A stretch of 64,000 nt of DNA, from the NCBI RefSeq assembly GCF_021028975.2, contig NC_059430.1:102176001-102240000 (forward strand), read 5' to 3'. Under the pieces are notes generated by a model that was not told where the DNA came from, searched no databases, and was given only the letters and a program-made list of their open reading frames with translations. Numbering within the stretch: the first letter of the stretch is position 1; every line of letters starts with the position of its first letter. Below, one piece after another: positions 51,901 through 59,840 of this stretch. Made by a program: the position numbers and the translations under genes. Origin of the DNA: Sphaerodactylus townsendi. Taxonomy: Eukaryota.

Positions 51901-54900
51901 ATTGTCAGTGTTTCCCACTGGTGTCCCACTCCTGTCCCTTCTTCCATCGCATGTGCTAGTCTTTGTGTGCCTGCAGAGGTATGTGTGTATGTGTGTGTGG
52001 GGAATGGCGCTCGGGCCAACACTTGCACCGCCCCCCGGTGCTCCCCCCCCCCCCCGTGCGCCTCACTTACCTTAACCTTGCTGGGCTTCCCCTGGGGGTG
52101 GGGTGAGGGGCACCCAGCGGCAGCTCTGCCAGGCTGCTCTTTTTTTCTGCTAGCTGAAGAGCAGCCTGGCGGGGCGGGTCTGAGGGGAGGGGTATAGGGG
52201 GGGCAATTATCTGGGGCCCCCACACATGGCCAGCTGGCATGCACCCAGGGACATGTGACCCCACATTCCCCGTGAGCACTCTGCCTCTCTGTCTTTTGAG
52301 AATGTTTCTGACTGGCCCAAAAAGGTGTGTCCGAAATGCCTGAGTTTCTGAAGACTTCCTGATAGATTTAAACTGCAGAGATATTTCCTATTACCGTACA
52401 TTGCATTTCTGCCAAACCTACGGATAGCTATTTTGGTGAAAACTCATGATACCCTGTTCAACATTTGACAATTTGAATGTTTATTAAACAAGAATTAATA
52501 TTTGTAATAGAATAATTAAACTACTTGGTATTCAAAAGTCTCCCCTTAAACTATTTGTTAAACTGGCTTCTGTTTAGAATTGGTTCCATCTCTGTTTATT
52601 CAGAGGAGGCACTCCCTGTTTGCACAGGAGCTGGGCCAATAATTGGGACTGCATGGAAACTTTCCAAGAATAGTCCTGCAAGCTACATTTAAAAGAGGTC
52701 TCTGCCCGCAGAGGCACGTGGCTTGCATGCAGAGGGACTCCAATTCTGTTCCCTGCATCTCAATTTAAGGGATCTCAGGTTAAAAAGGAAAGGCAACATT
52801 GTGTGAACGTGTATTGTTGCATTCCTTTCCACTGTGTACATTTACTACAAACTTGCATTGATTTGATGCCAATGTGAACTATCATGGCTGGCTCCCAAAG
52901 CATCCTGGGAATTGTAGTTTTGGTGAGGGTCTGAAATGTTGAGGACTCCTATTCCATTTCACAGAACTGGAGATTTCTGGGGATTGAAAATGGCTACTTA
53001 AACTACCTTAATCCCCTATCATAGGTACATCGTGGGTAGCTTCTAGAGCAGGGGTACCTGATCTTTTTGAGCCTGTGGAAATCTGTAGAATTCTGACAAA
53101 ATGGCTGCCACACTGGGTGGAACCAAACACAGAATGTCAGGGAGTGAGGATATGCAGTCTAATAATAATGCTTCAACATTTCAGGTAGAAGCTCTGTAAA
53201 ACAGGATGCCTTTTTAAATGAACATGTTGTTTTACAACTGTTTTCTTGCATGCACATAGCTTACCTTCAGTTTCACAGTGAAGATCCTTGTGTTGTGAGG
53301 GCAGCTGAAGCAACTTTTAGAAAACCTGCAGTCAGTCCCCAGTGGTCAGTCAGAAGCCCTGTTGGGTCAAATTCCCATCTGCTTCCTAAAAACACTAGGC
53401 AGGTACCAGGAAAGGTGCTGGCAGAGGTTTTGGCACCCACAGGCACCACGTTTGGGACCCCTGTTGAACAGCTTATAGGGAGTGTGAGTGGACAGTGCTG
53501 AGCTTTCATTTCAGATAGGCATGTCAGAACCTGCCAGTCATGGGAGAGAGCAGCAGGGTCAGGCTCCTTCCTGAGCAAGAACATCAGATGAGACAAGATT
53601 AGAAGTTGCAGCCGGGGCAAATTCGCGAAGGCAAGTTGTAGAACAGGGAACAGGCGAAAAGAGTAATTCAGATTCAAGATGCAGAGGCTCTTGCTTAGCC
53701 TTAGCTGAAGGATGCTGCAGAAATTTTCACTAGTGATGACACTGCTGGTGATGTTCCCAACCATTTCATTTCTGGCATTCAGATTCCACATGGGCCCACG
53801 TTAACCAGGTGACGGTGGAGCGGCAGCAGAAGCTGGAGAAGTCGGCCAGTGAGCTGGCTAGCTTCCAGGTCGCCGAAGGCCAGTTGCGGCCCTGGTTGAT
53901 GGAGAAGGAGCTCATGATGAGTGTGCTGGGACCACTCTCCATCGATCCCAACATGCTGAGCACACAGAAACAGCAAGTTCAGGTGAGCTGTGAAGGCACA
54001 TTCATTTCTGCTTTCTATTGAGGGTTGGAAGTTCTGAGGTAAATGTTCATTTCATTATGGGGGCAGGAGCAGGCCTGAGCTCAAGCTGCTGTGTGGGTCT
54101 GGCTTCCAGAGCAGTGCCACCCAGTTCCTGCCTCGGCCCCTCCATATTAACTGGCCTCATGCCAGTGGACCTAAAATCCAATTTTCAAGGGTGCATTTAA
54201 TTAGCAGGGGGTGAGGAAACAAGGGTTTTGAGCCAGGAGCAGTTTCAAGAGCCAGGCACCCCATGCCACGCCACTGCCAAAGGAGGTGTCACCATAAGCT
54301 GCATTTATGGACAGAGGGGGATATGGCAGTTTCCCCTCTCAGCCGTAATCAATTGACACCAGAGACCAATAGAATTCTACCCTGCCCTATAAAGTTTCCA
54401 TCAATCTGAGCTGTTCTCAAGATGCCTCTTCCCTCTCTCCACACCATGAGCTTTGTTTAAAAATTCTCACTACCAGCCCCGCCTGCCCATTTTTTGTACT
54501 TCTCTCCCTCCCTTTGGGGTTATGAATCATGTTGCCAAGAAGCCTGAATCCAGTCAGACACACAGAGAAGGGGGAAAATAAAACATCCCCTGGCTAGCAC
54601 AATTGACTGTCATGCTGCAGTTTGTTTATATGATCGAGAACAGCAGCAGGACAAATAAGGCAGACGAGTGGAATGTTTTGTGAATGCCATCATCATCGCC
54701 ATCAGGATTTTTTAAAGCGGAAGTCCTGTTAGAAGGAGAGTTTCTTCAGCTTCTTTGTAGACACTCCTTGAAACTGCAGATGGTTTGTGTCTTCTGTGTT
54801 GTTATCAGCCAGCTGAAATCCTTCTTCTTGGCTCACCCCTTGATTTGCTGTTTAATTTACTGGCCCGTTGAGGCTGTGTATCTTTACATCTCATTCAGAG

Positions 54901-57900
54901 TGCCAGGAGGGGGCCCTAAACAAGGGTGGCAGTTTACCCCTGAGCTGGAGAGAAGTTTTTTCATGCCACTCACTGCTTAGATCAGCAGTTCCCAAGGAAC
55001 TCCTCAGTGAGAAAATCAGCTTGGTGATCAAGAAGCCTTGAAAGGCGGAAAACCTACCTTTGCCCATCTTCTCTGCATCCGTCAACTATGGGGGGAACTG
55101 AGTATGCCTGGGGGTCATGCTGTAAGGTGACCTGTGATGGGAGATGTCATTGGGAGAAGGCCTTGGCCTCTGTGTCCTGGTGTTCGCTCTCTGGAGTAGC
55201 TGGCTGGCCACTGTGTGAGACAGGATGCTGGACTAGATGGACCACTGTTCTGATCCAGCAAGACTTCATTCATTCATTCATTCATTCATTCATTCATTCA
55301 TTCATTCATTCATTCATTCATTCATTCATTCATTCATTAGACTTGCTGTGCCCCCCTTTTCCAGCAGAAGCCGGCTCTGGGTGGCTCACATATGTAATAA
55401 AACACAGTACAAAATCCATAAAACGTGCCAATCAATTAAAACAATAAAATCAGTCTCCTACTGATGGTGGCAACAATTTCTTATATCTGGTGTGATTTCT
55501 GGCCCCAGTTTCGCCTAAAATTTCTCTCTCACCTACCCTCATAAACATTAAACCAATCGGGGTGGAGAGGAGGGGTGGATCGGGAGGCCAGCAAGATGGA
55601 ACTACCGTTGCTGCCCAGCGGAACATCTCTGTTTTACAGGCCCTGCAGAACTGATTGTCATTGTGTTCTTAATATAAAGACTCAGAAGGCTTGGCATGTG
55701 GCGTGAACCAGAAGTTCACCTTAGTACGTGTCTCAGAATCCTTTGCAGTGAACAGGGCTCTTTGCCAGATGAATCATTGTGAACAGGGCTCCTCCCTAGA
55801 AATAGGATCTGTTGAGCTTCAAAGGGGTGCGTGGTTCCAATGCCACCGGTGCTGATTGTGGTGTAGAACCGTTTTGGTAATCTGCTGGCATTTTTTTTAA
55901 AGCTTTGCTGTAAACACTAAGCCAACTCTCGGTGTGGTCTCTCTTTCAGTTCATGCTGAAAGAATTTGAAGCTCGCAAGCCCCAGTATGATCAGCTGAAC
56001 AAGGCGGCCCAAGGAATCCTCGCCAGCCCTCATGAGGCGTCCCCGTCCACTGACCGCATGCAGGACGATCTCCAGGCCATCAACCAGAAGTGGACTGAGC
56101 TCACAGAACGGCTTAACTCCCGTTCCAGCCAAATCAACCAGGCCATTGTCAAGAGCACCCAGTATCAAGAACTGCTTCAGGAGCTGTCTGAAAAGGTGAA
56201 GGCTGCCGGGCAGCGGGTGAGTGGTCAGTCTGCCATCAGCACGCAGCCAGAGGCTGTGAAGCAGCAGCTGGAAGAAATGAGTGAGATCCGGTCCGATCTG
56301 GGGCAGCTGGAAAAGGAGATCACCGAAGCTCAAGTGCTTTGTGAAGAGCTGTCTGACCTCATTGGAGAACAGTACCTGAAGGAGGAGCTGAAGAAGCGCT
56401 TGGAAACTGTGGCCCTCCCCCTCAAAGGCTTGGAGGACTTGGCAGGTATGAAAGGAAGTTCTCAGACCCAGGGCGATTAGTACCCATAATTCAGTGCCTA
56501 GGATCCAAAATCCCTCAGTGGTCCATAGCTGGCAAGACTAGAAGGCATCAAGGACTCCCAAAGTTCCAGCCCTGACATCCAGGCCTTTCCAAGGGAGACT
56601 TTGATTTGCCATCAGATATACACAGCATAGGAAGCTCCAGGCCATTCCACCCTTCTATGATGCTCATGTTGATTCTAAGTGTACTCCTAAAAAAGTAAAA
56701 TGGCCTACAGTCTCTGACCCACAATGGAAATCAGATGCTGGGATTCTGTGAGAGCTGCTACATTATAGACATGTTCTCTGACTGATAGCATGTTTTGGTC
56801 ACATAGGTTTCCTTAAATGTACTAGACTCCCATTTTGCTAGAAGATGCTCCTTTCCAATAACCAGAATAATCATGTGCATTCAGTGGACAAAATGGCATT
56901 GGGGCTCTACCTAGTTCATGAAATGTATTTATTTTATTTAGAACATTGCTCTGCCTCATTTTCACCCAACCAAAGGTCCCCCAAGGGTGGCAGACCCTAA
57001 AATATTTCAGATATGATTACAAGGCATTAAAAATACAAAAATTTAAAATATTTTAAACAAATAAAACATAAGAAAAACACATAAAATGCACAAACAGAGA
57101 GGAAGGCTGTTAAAGACAAAGAGAGAATGAGAGAGGGAGACAAATCTCCCTGGCTAGAAACGTTCAAAGTTTTTGGTGCCATGACTGACAAGGCCCTAGC
57201 TTAGTTGCTTTCTGTCTTCAGATGATGGGGCCCCCTAAAGCAGGGCCACTGAAGATGACCCAAGCGGTCATTTTTAACAGTGAACATCTAACGTTTTAAC
57301 AGGAAATGCATTTTTAACTGTGTGTCCCCTCTTCCTCCATTTTCTAGGGGACCGAATGAACCGTCTGCAGATGGCACTTGCAAGCTCTCAGCAGTTTCAG
57401 CAGATGTTTGATGAGCTCCGTGCTTGGCTAGACGACAGACTGAGGCAGCAGGCCCAGAGCAGCCTGATCTCAGCCAAGCTGGAGAGGCTACAGTCTCAGA
57501 TCCAGGAACAAGAAGACTTCCAGAAGAGCCTCAACCAGCACAGTGGTTCCTATGAAATGATTGTAGCAGAGGGTGAATCTTTGCTGCTATCCAGTCATCC
57601 TGGGGAGGAAAAAGCCAATTTGCAAAGCCAGCTAGTGAATCTGAAAGCATCCTGGGAGGAGCTTAGCAAGCAAATAGCCAGCCGGCACTCCAGACTCAAA
57701 GATTGCTTGCAGAAGGCTCAAAAATACCAGCGTCATGTTGAGGACCTTTTCCCATGGGTGGAGGATTGCCAGTCAAAGATGTCTGAGTTGGAAGTCACCC
57801 TGGATCTAGTGCAGCTGGAAGCCGCTCTCCTGAGGTCAAAGGCTCTGCTGACCGATGTGGAAAAACGGCGCTCTCTTTTGGAGATGCTGAACAGTGCAGC

Positions 57901-58819
57901 AGACATCCTCATCAACGCATCCCAAATGGATGAAGATGATGTTCGAGATGAGAAAGCGAGGATCAACCAGAAGATGGATGCCATTACCGAAGAGCTTCAT
58001 GCAAAGACTGGGTCCCTTGAAGAAATGTCACAAAGGCTTAAGGAGTTCCAAGAAAACTTTAGAAACATTGAGAAGAAGCTGGAAGGGACAAAGCACCAGC
58101 TGGAAATCTATGAGGCTCTAGGCCCTCAGGCTTGCAGCAATAAGAACCTGGAGAAACTGAGAGCCCAACAGGAGGTTCTCCAGGCACTGGAACCCCAGGT
58201 GGATTATCTGAAGAACTTCACTCGAGGTCTGGTAGAAGATGCTCCGGACGGATCTGACTCTTCCCATCTGTTAAGCCAGGCTGAGGTTGCCCAGCAAGAA
58301 TTCAAAGTTGTCAGGGAGAAAGTCAATGAATGTTGCATACTGATGGAGAGCAAGCTCGAAGGGATTGGGCAGTTTAATAACCATGTCCGGGAGTTGTTCT
58401 CTCAGCTGGCTGATCTCGATGACGAATTGGATAGCATGGGCCCCATTGGGAGAGACATAGACAGCCTTCAGTCCCAAGCAGAAGATGTCCATGAATTCTT
58501 GACCAAGCTTCAGAGGCTGAAGATAGACATCCAAGCTTCCGAAGAGAATTGCAGGCAGATGTTGGAGGACGAAGGGAGCCCTGATTTAATAGGGCTGAAA
58601 CGTGAGCTGGAGACCTTAAGTAAGCAGTGCGGCAAGTTGACCGAAAGGGGCAGAACTCGCCTGGAACAGGTGGAAATGACGTTGACGCGTGTCAAAGACT
58701 TCTACAATCAACTGAAGGAGCTGAACCACATGACGGCCACCGCGGAAGAGAACGAAGCATTGCAGTGGGTGGTGGGGACAGAAGTGGAGACAATCAAACA
58801 GCAGCTTACAGATTTCAAG
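1131..58819 (+). CDS. MACF1: Microtubule-actin crosslinking factor 1, partial multi-exon gene (29 exons in window; 5' and 3' ends outside)
   Basis: Spliced exons give [11 protein letters not shown]...DYELQLMTY...[33 protein letters not shown]...plectin repeats...spectrin repeats...[12 protein letters not shown], collinear with mammalian MACF1 as I recall it. All junctions are GT-AG and phases match except exon 33100-33227. Confidence 0.97.
1339..1457. mobile_element. Palindromic hAT-type MITE
   Basis: tcaaactcgcggccctccagatgttatgga...tccataacatctggagggccgcgagtttga is a near-perfect palindrome; same family as 13000-13118. Confidence 0.85.
1693..2502. mobile_element. Solo LTR (810 bp, CpG-rich, young), LTR retrotransposon or ERV
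   Basis: TGT...ACA termini; perfect 5-bp TSD GCATG at 1688-1692 and 2503-2507; abrupt GC/CpG shift from the flanks. Confidence 0.8.
2592..2757 (+). mobile_element. 5S rRNA-derived SINE
   Basis: cctgatctcatcagaacgtggaagctaag...tacttggattggagaccacc matches the 5S internal-promoter region. Confidence 0.7.
2840..3281 (+). mobile_element. CR1 LINE 3' fragment, old
   Basis: Degenerate CR1 ORF2 end and 3' UTR (ctagatggcctttg...cagcagggctgctcttgtgttctta). Confidence 0.55.
3489..3572 (+). CDS. MACF1: MACF1 exon ([28 protein letters not shown])
   Basis: tttaag acceptor, aag|gtacag donor, 84 nt. Confidence 0.93.
4764..4871 (+). CDS. MACF1: MACF1 exon (DYELQLMTY...SSSDAITQE)
   Basis: ttcccag acceptor, gag|gtgagg donor, 108 nt. 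Confidence 0.95.
6439..6537 (+). CDS. MACF1: MACF1 exon ([33 protein letters not shown])
   Basis: cctcctag acceptor, gaa|gtaagg donor, 99 nt. Confidence 0.96.
7058..7778 (+). mobile_element. L2 LINE 3' fragment inserted into a tRNA-derived SINE (SINE halves at about 6995-7057 and 7780-7930, minus strand)
   Basis: Degenerate L2 ORF2 C-terminus ([10 protein letters not shown]...FKAL); the flanks are the tail and head of one SINE. Confidence 0.65.
8119..8271 (+). CDS. MACF1: MACF1 exon ([21 protein letters not shown]...IVEQQ)
   Basis: ccttccag acceptor, cag|gtatgt donor, 153 nt. Confidence 0.94.
8509..8597 (+). CDS. MACF1: MACF1 exon ([29 protein letters not shown])
   Basis: cttaacag acceptor, aa|gtgagt donor, phase-2 end. 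Confidence 0.94.
9061..9257 (-). mobile_element. 5S rRNA-derived SINE
   Basis: ttccttggtggtctcccatccaagtattaaccag is the reverse complement of a 5S segment; Sauria-like tail. Confidence 0.8.
9699..9834 (+). CDS. MACF1: MACF1 exon ([13 protein letters not shown]...AQETAHK), last exon before the plectin-repeat cassette
   Basis: ttccacag acceptor, aag|gtatcc donor, ends phase 0. Confidence 0.94.
10348..10578. other. Assembly gap (N run)
   Basis: n characters. Confidence 1.
12285..12595 (-). mobile_element. tRNA-derived CORE-type SINE (Squam3-like)
   Basis: A/B-box head, gtgaccttgggctagtcac core, (TTC)n tail; more than 10 copies in the window. Confidence 0.85.
12715..12912 (+). mobile_element. 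tRNA-derived SINE of a second family (Squam2-like)
   Basis: gtggtagagc...ccaggttccatc head; gcagcttcatgtgttc tail. Confidence 0.6.
13000..13118. mobile_element. hAT-type palindromic MITE with intact 8-bp TSD
   Basis: TIR caggggtctgcaacc/ggttgcagacccctg; TSD tgatagcc at 12992-12999 and 13119-13126. Confidence 0.92.
13935..19409 (+). CDS. MACF1: MACF1 giant exon (5,475 nt, 1,825 codons): two clusters of plectin (plakin) repeats plus long disordered linkers, MACF1b-type
   Basis: tttttag acceptor, aag|gtaggt donor. Contains ORF 13956-19577 with repeated LLEAQ..GGIVDP motifs, clustered at about 13950-15090 and 16220-17680. Confidence 0.96.
19769..19986. mobile_element. Old non-autonomous DNA transposon (TAGGGTTGCCA-type termini)
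   Basis: Related copies at 22323-22549 and 48342-48492 share acagagatcagttcccctggagaaaatg-like sequence or the termini. Confidence 0.6.
20204..20498 (-). mobile_element. Squam3-like SINE, young
   Basis: Full-length copy with (GAA)n tail on the + strand. Confidence 0.9.
20806..20955 (+). CDS. MACF1: MACF1 cassette exon ([19 protein letters not shown]...LLPQAV)
   Basis: ctcag acceptor, gtg|gtaaga donor, 150 nt. Confidence 0.9.
21060..21205. mobile_element. Palindromic hAT-type MITE
   Basis: aatggtggtgaacc...ggttcgccaccatt, centre cagcatggtcaattggccatgccg. Confidence 0.8.
21730..21945 (+). CDS. MACF1: MACF1 cassette exon (ALDTELKSL...[10 protein letters not shown]...AEAEK)
   Basis: ccttttag acceptor, aag|gtaccg donor, 216 nt. 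Confidence 0.92.
22009..22094. mobile_element. Internally deleted hAT-type MITE
   Basis: TIR caggggtgtccaa/ttggacacccctg. Confidence 0.75.
22323..22549. mobile_element. Old non-autonomous DNA transposon (TAGGGTTGCCA-type)
   Basis: gaggttgccaacc...gttggcaatccta termini. Confidence 0.65.
22853..23002 (+). CDS. MACF1: MACF1 cassette exon ([21 protein letters not shown]...CLQCYK)
   Basis: Rare GAG acceptor (ttttgttttgag), aag|gtagtt donor, 150 nt. Confidence 0.88.
23328..23557 (+). mobile_element. Older CORE/MIR-like SINE
   Basis: tagtggttagagtgttgg...gaattcaaatc tRNA-like head. Confidence 0.6.
23664..23940 (-). mobile_element. Squam3-like SINE
   Basis: High similarity to 20204-20498. Confidence 0.88.
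24074..24303 (+). mobile_element. Squam3-like SINE
   Basis: gtagtggctaagag head, ctctcagccccacctacctcaca body, ctcttcttc tail. Confidence 0.8.
24537..24728 (+). mobile_element. 5S rRNA-derived SINE
   Basis: gttagtacttggatggaagaccaccaaggaa plus ggcaatggcaaaccac tail. Confidence 0.8.
25387..25620 (+). CDS. MACF1: MACF1 cassette exon ([31 protein letters not shown]...QTDQVT); donor at 25614 or 25620
   Basis: gagcag acceptor; two in-frame donors, cag|gtgacg and acg|gtggtg. Confidence 0.88.
27825..27974 (+). CDS. MACF1: MACF1 exon ([19 protein letters not shown]...GEVK), first exon after the cassette
   Basis: ttcag acceptor, aaa|gtaagc donor, 150 nt. Confidence 0.92.
28045..28560 (-). mobile_element. 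AT-rich L1-like 3' end fragment
   Basis: T-rich start with ttttatt (AATAAA on the minus strand) and a strongly A-biased body. Confidence 0.45.
29313..29546 (+). CDS. MACF1: MACF1 spectrin-repeat exon ([13 protein letters not shown]...QQQTEK)
   Basis: ccctag acceptor, aag|gtgaag donor, 234 nt. Confidence 0.93.
29862..30089 (+). CDS. MACF1: MACF1 exon ([20 protein letters not shown]...YENLK)
   Basis: ttccag acceptor, aag|gtaggt donor, 228 nt. Confidence 0.92.
30368..30542 (-). mobile_element. CR1 LINE ORF2 (RT region) fragment
   Basis: [45 protein letters not shown] is a typical CR1 pre-RT motif. Confidence 0.92.
30853..31386 (+). CDS. MACF1: MACF1 spectrin-repeat exon ([11 protein letters not shown]...YGVLHSK)
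   Basis: ttcccag acceptor, aag|gtaggt donor, 534 nt. Confidence 0.95.
31878..32172 (-). mobile_element. Squam3-like SINE
   Basis: Family similarity. Confidence 0.85.
32304..32480 (+). CDS. MACF1: MACF1 exon ([10 protein letters not shown]...QKQLANAK)
   Basis: ttgcag acceptor, aaa|gtaagg donor, 177 nt. Confidence 0.94.
33100..33227 (+). CDS. MACF1: MACF1 exon ([18 protein letters not shown]...[10 protein letters not shown]) with apparent +1 frameshift near 33185-33196
   Basis: tcaacag acceptor, g|gtaata donor. The 5' part and the [10 protein letters not shown] part are in different frames. Length is 128 nt where 3n+1 is required. Confidence 0.88.
33258..33490 (-). mobile_element. RTE/BovB-like LINE 3' fragment, interrupted by a SINE and resuming at about 33791-33820
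   Basis: aagtcactttcgacttatggcggccctatgaat...ggtcttcct...cctagcattattgtcttttcc. Confidence 0.6.
33493..33790 (-). mobile_element. Squam3-like SINE, young
   Basis: Full-length family match. Confidence 0.9.
34123..34331 (+). CDS. MACF1: MACF1 exon ([11 protein letters not shown]...SLATNM)
   Basis: cctcag acceptor, atg|gtgagc donor. Confidence 0.94.
34657..35009 (-). mobile_element. AT-rich retroposed insertion (L1-like 3' end) inside a 5S-derived SINE (about 34605-35163)
   Basis: 14-bp TSD agcagggtcaactt at 34643-34656 and 35010-35023. Confidence 0.75.
35597..35879 (-). mobile_element. Squam3-like SINE nested in an older SINE (about 35445-35953)
   Basis: Family match; the flanks continue an older minus-strand SINE. 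Confidence 0.85.
36203..36497 (+). mobile_element. CR1 LINE 3' end
   Basis: tggaattcactgc...tttaaaaagag; ctggactggatggaccc...ctgatccagcaagg...cttatgttc. Confidence 0.7.
36628..36945 (+). CDS. MACF1: MACF1 exon ([16 protein letters not shown]...FSQQIQ)
   Basis: tcaacag acceptor, cag|gtagga donor, 318 nt. Confidence 0.94.
37121..37301. mobile_element. GC-rich hAT-type MITE
   Basis: TIR cagaggcata/tacacttctg; 8-bp TSD caatgact/caatgacc. Confidence 0.75.
37758..37927 (+). CDS. MACF1: MACF1 exon ([13 protein letters not shown]...KAAKE)
   Basis: cttccag acceptor, ag|gtatga donor. Confidence 0.94.
37975..38335 (-). mobile_element. Older SINE interrupted by a GC-rich MITE fragment (about 38130-38255)
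   Basis: SINE halves flank an insert ending in ctacgccactg. Confidence 0.6.
38598..38676 (-). mobile_element. CR1 3' terminus
   Basis: catagaatcatagagatggaagggacc...ggccatctagtcca. Confidence 0.75.
39833..39900 (+). mobile_element. Penelope-like terminal fragment with hammerhead relic
   Basis: ctgaagatgccagcc...gcaggtgaaacattaggag, homologous to 46106-46150. Confidence 0.6.
41456..41612 (+). CDS. MACF1: MACF1 exon ([18 protein letters not shown]...QQQVE)
   Basis: cttcag acceptor, gag|gtgggt donor. Confidence 0.93.
42260..42377 (+). CDS. MACF1: MACF1 exon ([13 protein letters not shown]...[11 protein letters not shown])
   Basis: ttgctag acceptor, ag|gtgaga donor. Confidence 0.92.
42553..42790 (+). 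mobile_element. Squam3-like SINE
   Basis: gtagtggttaagagcaggtgg head. Confidence 0.85.
43511..43693 (+). mobile_element. CR1 ORF2 C-terminal fragment
   Basis: [13 protein letters not shown]...[17 protein letters not shown]. Confidence 0.9.
43857..44254. mobile_element. GC-rich palindromic hAT-type MITE (398 bp)
   Basis: TIR cagtggcgaag/ctacgcctctg; 8-bp TSD ggttgctg/ggttgccg; internal inverted repeat. Confidence 0.85.
45074..45370 (+). mobile_element. Squam3-like SINE
   Basis: Full-length, (TTC)n tail. Confidence 0.9.
45604..45666 (+). CDS. MACF1: MACF1 63-nt symmetric exon ([21 protein letters not shown])
   Basis: cactcag acceptor, ag|gtgaga donor, phase 1-1. Confidence 0.9.
46010..46233. 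mobile_element. Penelope-like element remnant: inverted pseudo-LTR hairpin with hammerhead motif
   Basis: Arms of about 95 bp around gaggatcctc (46101-46110); 13-bp direct repeat ttttatccatctg at 46000-46012 and 46234-46246. Confidence 0.85.
47119..47360 (+). CDS. MACF1: MACF1 exon ([13 protein letters not shown]...QADRNK)
   Basis: gttttag acceptor, aaa|gtacgc donor. Confidence 0.94.
47843..48133 (+). mobile_element. Squam3-like SINE, young
   Basis: Full-length, (TTC)n tail. Confidence 0.9.
48342..48492. mobile_element. Old non-autonomous DNA transposon (TAGGGTTGCCA-type)
   Basis: tagggttacca...tggcaacccta TIRs. Confidence 0.7.
48656..49528. repeat. About 870-bp AT-rich inverted repeat, probable Penelope-like inverted pseudo-LTRs with hammerhead relics
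   Basis: ggctgagggaatattaaaaccttaa pairs with ttaaggttttaatatcccctcagc; inner arms pair through to about 49105/49205. Confidence 0.8.
48950..49016. repeat. (GT)n followed by (AC)n microsatellite
   Basis: Directly visible. Confidence 0.95.
50137..50266 (+). CDS. MACF1: MACF1 exon ([13 protein letters not shown]...WKRLLEDL)
   Basis: caatag acceptor, a|gtatgt donor. Confidence 0.93.
51534..51707. other. Assembly gap (N run)
   Basis: n characters. Confidence 1.
51708..51794. mobile_element. MITE terminus abutting the gap
   Basis: gtgtgaaaac...gttttcacactgctgtttttggcccatgcggaatctgcc with sub-terminal repeats. Confidence 0.5.
51974..52290. mobile_element. GC-rich MITE related to 37121-37301 and 43857-44254
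   Basis: cagagg start, ggaatggcgc, cacttacc, gtgacccca, gcctct end. Confidence 0.6.
53049..53463. mobile_element. hAT-type non-autonomous element (about 415 bp)
   Basis: TIR caggggtacc/gggacccctg. Confidence 0.65.
53783..53982 (+). CDS. MACF1: MACF1 exon ([18 protein letters not shown]...[19 protein letters not shown])
   Basis: cattcag acceptor, cag|gtgagc donor. Confidence 0.95.
55265..55338. repeat. (TTCA)n microsatellite, probably the tail of a minus-strand L2 fragment (to about 55655), inserted at a CR1 3' end (about 55110-55262)
   Basis: Directly visible; the flanks resemble L2 and CR1 3' ends. Confidence 0.85.
55950..56445 (+). CDS. MACF1: MACF1 exon ([13 protein letters not shown]...LKGLEDLA)
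   Basis: ctttcag acceptor, ag|gtatga donor. Confidence 0.96.
56925..57270 (-). mobile_element. L2-like 3' fragment
   Basis: tttattttattta start; ggtgccatgactgacaaggccct motif. Confidence 0.5.
57348..58819 (+). CDS. MACF1: MACF1 1,472-nt spectrin-repeat exon ([16 protein letters not shown]...QQLTDFK)
   Basis: ttttctag acceptor, aag|gtaaga donor; ORF 57320-58861. Confidence 0.96.
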
Positions 58820-59518
58820 GTAAGAATCTCACTGTCCTGTGTATGGCTGCGTTTAAGCTAGGGGTGTCCAACTCTGGCGCTTCAGATGCTCATGGACTAC
58901 ACTTTCCATCAGGCCATGCCTGATCTCATTGTTTCTTGCAGTGTTCTATTTTGGGGGTGGCGGGAGGCTATTTTATTCCTAAAGTTATTTTTTATGGAAA
59001 AGCTGCAAACATTGGTTGCCTCAAAGAACACATATGGCTGGGGGAAAATCGTACATGTTGAATTCTGTCTTGGCGAGTTTTTCTTCTCAGTGCACCTCCA
59101 CATGGTCACACATAGGGATCTCTGCATTCTTTAACTGTTTTAGTGGCCCCTATGCTGCACACTGTGTGAATACAATATGTGATGGTTAAAAATGTGTTTG
59201 ATATGAGTATCAAACATCTTGTGGTATACCCCAGTTTTCTGACTCCCGATTGTATGTATCCAATGCTGAACAGCCTTCAGCTTCCTTCCATTCCTAGGCA
59301 TTTAGACCAATTAAGAGAGATGAACAAGGAAACGTAAGCCCAGTGAACCTTACCAGTGGAAGAACCAGCACTGCCCTTGGTGTCATCTCTGCTCTGACCT
59401 TGCTTCCGGTGGTAAAAGATGATTTTGCCACATCACTGCCTGGGATGCTGTTGAATCATTCAACCGTTCCTGTCGCAGATACTACAGACTTCCCTGGTCC
59501 GGGCTGCTGTTGTGCCTC

Positions 59519-59552
59519 TGCATGAGTCACACCTAAATCAATGACTCATGCA
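59519..59552. promoter_or_regulatory. Paired AP-1 consensus sites (candidate intronic enhancer)
   Basis: TGAGTCA at 59523-59529 and TGACTCA at 59542-59548. Confidence 0.35.
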
Positions 59553-59715
59553 AAAATAACAGAGTAGGAGTTCATATTCTTAAGCCTTCCAAGTTCAACC
59601 TTTTCAGCTGTCAGAGTGAAGAGTGATTCAATTTTAAAATTTTCTGTGTGGGGGGGAGGGCACCTCTGATATTGGTGCTTCAAGAAGTCCCTGACTCTGC
59701 AGCAGCTGTTATTGA

Positions 59716-59840
59716 TGCATTGTCAAAGGCTTTCACAGCCGGATTCAACTGGTTGTGCTGGATTTTCTGGGCTGTGTGGCCATGGTCTGGTGGATTCACC
59801 AGACCACAGCCACACAGCCTGGAAAACCCACCACAACCAG
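59716..59840. mobile_element. Short Penelope-like hairpin insertion
   Basis: ttgtcaaaggctttcacagccgga terminus; 13-bp direct repeat cagctgttattga at 59703-59715 and 59838-59850. Confidence 0.8.

Noticed and set aside
55265-55338. Regular repeats or a CRISPR-like array
   Set aside because: Simple (TTCA)n microsatellite with no spacers, in a eukaryotic context
1131-58819. DST/BPAG1 or PLEC as the gene identity
   Set aside because: Peptides such as [28 protein letters not shown] and [15 protein letters not shown] match MACF1 as I recall it
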